This document shows positions 37,060 through 39,839 of a DNA stretch of 39,839 nucleotides, in pieces. Positions within the stretch are counted from its first letter, which is position 1; each line of letters starts with the position of its first letter. The translations under genes and the position numbers were made by a program. Below the pieces are notes generated by a model. It did no database searches, was not told where the DNA came from, and was given only the letters and a program-made list of their open reading frames with translations. The stretch lies in assembly GCA_043423105.1 (NCBI GenBank), contig JBHWMJ010000044.1, positions 1 through 39,839 on the forward strand, in the 5' to 3' direction. The DNA is from Marihabitans sp. Lineage in GTDB: Bacteria > Actinomycetota > Actinomycetes > Actinomycetales > Dermatophilaceae.

Positions 37060-37647
37060 ATGACGGCAGCGCTGCCAGGTCGGGTCCGACGCGGCTACGG
37101 GCTGGGGTCGGTCGCGACCGGCTCCTTCGGCACCGTGCCCGGGCTGCTCCTGCTGCCTTACCTCACCGACCGGCTCGGGGTCGCTGCCGGCCTGGCGGGT
37201 CTGATCGTCCTGCTGCCCAAGGCTTGGGACGTCCTGCTCAACCCCGTCGCCGGGCGGATCTCGGACCGTCTCGAGCACCCGGAGGGGCGCCGCCGCCCCT
37301 TCCTGCTGCGGGCCGGGGTGCTGCTCGCCGTGCTCTTCGCCCTCCTCTTCGCCGGACCGACGGGCTCGACCGCGCTCGGTGCGGTGTGGGTCGCCGTCCT
37401 CTTCCTCGCCTGCGCCACCGCGTACGCCTTCTTCCAGGTCCCGTACGTCTCGATGCCGGCCGAGCTGACCCGCGACTACACCGAGCGCACCCGCCTCATG
37501 ACGTGGCGGGTGGCGGTGCTCGCACTGGCCATCCTCGTGAGCGGCGGCCTCTCCCCGGCGATCCGTGACACGGTCGGCCCGGAGTGGGGGTACCGCGCCG
37601 TCGGCGTCTTCGTCGGCGGGCTCATCCTCGCCGGTGCCCTCGGTGCG
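37060..37647 (+). pseudogene. GPH/MelB-type MFS transporter, N-terminal half only
   Basis: GYGLGS..GTVPGLLL, KAWDVLLNP..GRISDR, RRRPFL, FQVPYVSMPAELT..ERTRL; hydrophobic character ends near 37647 and the ORF runs into antisense sequence up to 37734. Confidence 0.8.
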
Positions 37648-37864
37648 GGTCCGGCTCACCACCGGAGACGGGGTCGGTGTCCCCGCCGTCCTGCGGCGGG
37701 TCCTGCGGGTCCGCGGGGACCTCGACCTCGATGAGGCAGGTCGACGTCGCCTCGTCCCACTTCTGGCAGCCGGCAGGAGGGTCACCGAGGGTGAAGCCCG
37801 CCAGGGGGAGGACGACGAGCACCGCCAGAGCGAGGGCGGCGACCCGTGAGCGCAGCGTCAGCAC
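37648..37864 (-). pseudogene. 3'-truncated secreted protein (signal peptide, Cys pair, Pro/Asp/Gly linker)
   Basis: Overlaps the stop of the upstream lipoprotein gene; signal-like LALAVLVVLPLAG, C-x9-C; reads into the MFS antisense strand and stops at 37622. Confidence 0.55.
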
Positions 37865-38424
37865 GTGGGTCCACCGTCCTCGAGGCCGCTGACGAACCAG
37901 GCGTCCGCCTTGGCGTCGTGGACCACGGTGTAGGTGTGGAGGACGCGCTCCTGACGATCGTCGGCGACGACGGAGTCGCCGGTGCCGTCGACGACGTCCA
38001 GGTCGGAGTAGTCGATGCAGGCCGACACCTTCGCCTCGTCCTTGCGTGACGAGGTCTGCCGCACGTCGTCAAGGCCGGTGGTGCCCTTGGAACGCCAGCC
38101 CTTGGACCGGTAGATCGTCAGGGTCTCCATCTTGTCCTTGCGCGCGTCGCCGCGGGCCACCTGGGACAGCTGGGTCAGGTCGCCCCGCGGGGACCGGGCC
38201 AGCTTGTCGCTCATCTCGACGAAGGCGACGACGGCTCCGGTCGCCGTGCTCTGGTCCGCCGTCGGCTTCGAGGCCGTGGGCTCCGACGAGGTGGACGAGG
38301 ACGTGGAGGCGCTGGACGAGGTGCTCGTCGAGCTGGTGCCGTCGGTGTCGCCACCATCGCCTCCGCACCCCACGAGGAGCAGGACGGCTGCCGCCCCACC
38401 CACGAGCCCACGCACGCGTGGCAT
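37858..38424 (-). CDS. Hypothetical lipoprotein
   Basis: SD AGGGGAG, LVGC lipobox, Ser/Thr linker, ACIDYSDLDVVDGTGDSVV..WFV..GPTC domain. Confidence 0.8.
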   Translation of the reverse strand: MPRVRGLVGGAAAVLLLVGCGGDGGDTDGTSSTSTSSSASTSSSTSSEPTASKPTADQSTATGAVVAFVEMSDKLARSPRGDLTQLSQVARGDARKDKMETLTIYRSKGWRSKGTTGLDDVRQTSSRKDEAKVSACIDYSDLDVVDGTGDSVVADDRQERVLHTYTVVHDAKADAWFVSGLEDGGPTC

Positions 38425-38518
38425 GTCATCTCCCCTGTCATCCCATCCCGAAGGTCGCGCCGCCAGGAGTCTAGTGGTCCCCGCGCAAGCTCCCGACACC
38501 GTGGGCACCGCGCCCTTG

Positions 38519-38761
38519 TCACTGTCCCCGCGCGGACAATACGAGGGTGTCGGAGCCCTCGACGAGCCAGGCCTGGGCGTCCCAGCCGTCGTGGTCGAGA
38601 TCGGGCACAGCGGCCAGGCGCCCGTCCGGGACCTCGGCGGCGACGTCCGGAGTCAGGTCAGGTCGCTGGCCGGACGGGGGCTGCGCGTCGCGGCGCATCG
38701 TGTCGGCCACCTGCGGGTCGAGCTCGACCACCGCGTCGATCCAGTAGGACGTCGGTCCGGG
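38519..38761 (-). pseudogene. C-terminal fragment of a hypothetical protein lacking its 5' end
   Basis: PGPTSYWIDAVVEL..AQAWLVEGSDTLVLSARGQ* is protein-like; sequence further upstream is antisense of the PLP enzyme. Confidence 0.5.
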
Positions 38762-39790
38762 CCCACCGCCTTCCCCTCGCTCGCCCGGATGGAGTCCGAC
38801 CTCGTCGCGATCGCTCGCGGTCTGCTCCACGGCCCGGCGACGACCGTCGGCACGGCGACCTCCGGAGGCACCGAGTCGCTGCTCCTCGCCGTGCTGGCCG
38901 CTCGCGAGGGCAGGCCCGATGCCGCCGCGCCGCGGATCGTCGCCCCGAGCACGGTCCACGCGGCGGTGCACAAGGCCGGGCACCTCTTCGGCGTGGCCGT
39001 CGACCTCGTGCCGGTCGACCCGGTGACCTTCCGCGCCGACCCGGCCGCGATGGAGGCCGCGATGACCGACGACACCGTCCTCGTCGTCGTCTCAGCCCCC
39101 TCCTATGCGCACGGCGTCGTCGACCCTGTCGCGGAGGTCGCCGCAGCGGCGGGCAGGCGGGGGATCCGCTGCCACGTCGACGCGTGCATCGGTGGCTGGG
39201 TCCTGCCGTGGCTCGACCGGGCAGAGCCTTGGGACCTCGCGGTCCCCGAGGTCACGAGCATCTCGGTCGACCTGCACAAGTACGCCTAGACGCCGAAGGG
39301 GATCTCCCTCCTGCTCCACCGCGACCCCTCCCTGCGGCGCGGCCACCTCTACGCGTGCGCCGGCTGGCCGGGGTACACGATGCTCAACTCGACGATCCAG
39401 TCGACGAAGTCCGGCGGCCCGCTCGCCGCGGCGTGGGCCGTTGTGCACGCCATCGGCCTCGACGGGTACGCGCGCCTGGCCCGGGTGGCGCACGAGGCAG
39501 CGCTCGATGTGGCGAAGGGGGTCGAAGGGGTGGAGGGCCTCGAGGTCGTCGGGGCACCGGACTCCACCCTCGTCGCCCTCGCCGCCGACGAGACCTGCGA
39601 CGTCTTCACCGTCGCCGACGAGATGAGCGAGCGGGGCTGGCTCGTCCAGCCGCAGATGTCCTTCGCCGGGCAGCGGCCCACGCTGCACCTCTCGCTGTGC
39701 GCCGCGACGGCGCCGCGTGCTGCCGACCTCGTCGAGGCGCTGGGTGAGTCCGCGGCGGCGGCCCGAGCTGCTGGCCCGGTCGTCGTCGAC
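38762..39790 (+). pseudogene. Sphingosine-1-phosphate lyase-like group II PLP-dependent enzyme, 5'-truncated, internal TAG, 3' end replaced
   Basis: PTAFPSL..ME, TSGGTES, HAAVHKA, VSAPSYAHGVVDP, HVDACIGG, SISVDLHKYA*TPKG (TAG 39287-39289), then WPGYTMLNSTIQSTKSGGP in the same frame. Confidence 0.85.
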
Positions 39791-39839
39791 GAAGGCCTGC
39801 AGGACCATCGAGATGAGCTCGGAGACGCCGTTGCCGATG
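39781..39839 (+). repeat. Exact 59-bp direct repeat of 36636-36694 (inside alaA), running to the window end
   Basis: CGTCGTCGACGAAGGCCTGCAGGACCATCGAGATGAGCTCGGAGACGCCGTTGCCGATG is identical at both sites. Confidence 0.97.

Noticed and set aside
39287..39289. In-frame TAG in the PLP lyase (and TGA at 19683) as pyrrolysine, selenocysteine or readthrough recoding
   Set aside because: Each is one base from the expected codon (Tyr TAC, Trp TGG), both genes are also truncated, and no recoding machinery is in the window.

Overview
A 39.8 kb, very GC-rich actinobacterial chromosomal segment; gene content suggests Micrococcales/Intrasporangiaceae, but this is an inference. In order it holds an amidase (5' partial), an osmoprotectant ABC transporter, a 3-hydroxyisobutyryl-CoA hydrolase-like crotonase, a FadF-type membrane Fe-S oxidoreductase, cysK-cysE, tRNA-Ser(UGA)-aroQ, a cold-shock gene, an LCP protein, tRNA-Ser(GCU), a molybdate operon with an HTH-TOBE regulator, tcrXY, tRNA-Arg(ACG), cutA, pckG, two acyl-CoA dehydrogenases, gluABCD, a BtuF-like receptor, two DUF202 genes, icmF, two Fluc genes and alaA. 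I found no CRISPR array, integrase or transposase. Four things stand out. (1) A 33-bp (11-codon) palindromic repeat family, TCGAGGCTC-N14-CGCACCTCGA, sits in frame in or at the 5' ends of four unrelated genes, while its one intergenic copy is 25 bp. (2) FadF has a ~440-aa acidic tail with nine NAxPSWE motifs. (3) There are several gene-decay scars: an in-frame nrdA::nrdB chimera, a collapsed Uma2 gene, a methyltransferase relic, and a broken MFS / PLP-lyase region around an opposite-strand 1.1-kb block. (4) The last 59 bp exactly copy an internal part of alaA. All family assignments come from motif recognition by eye; no database search was run.
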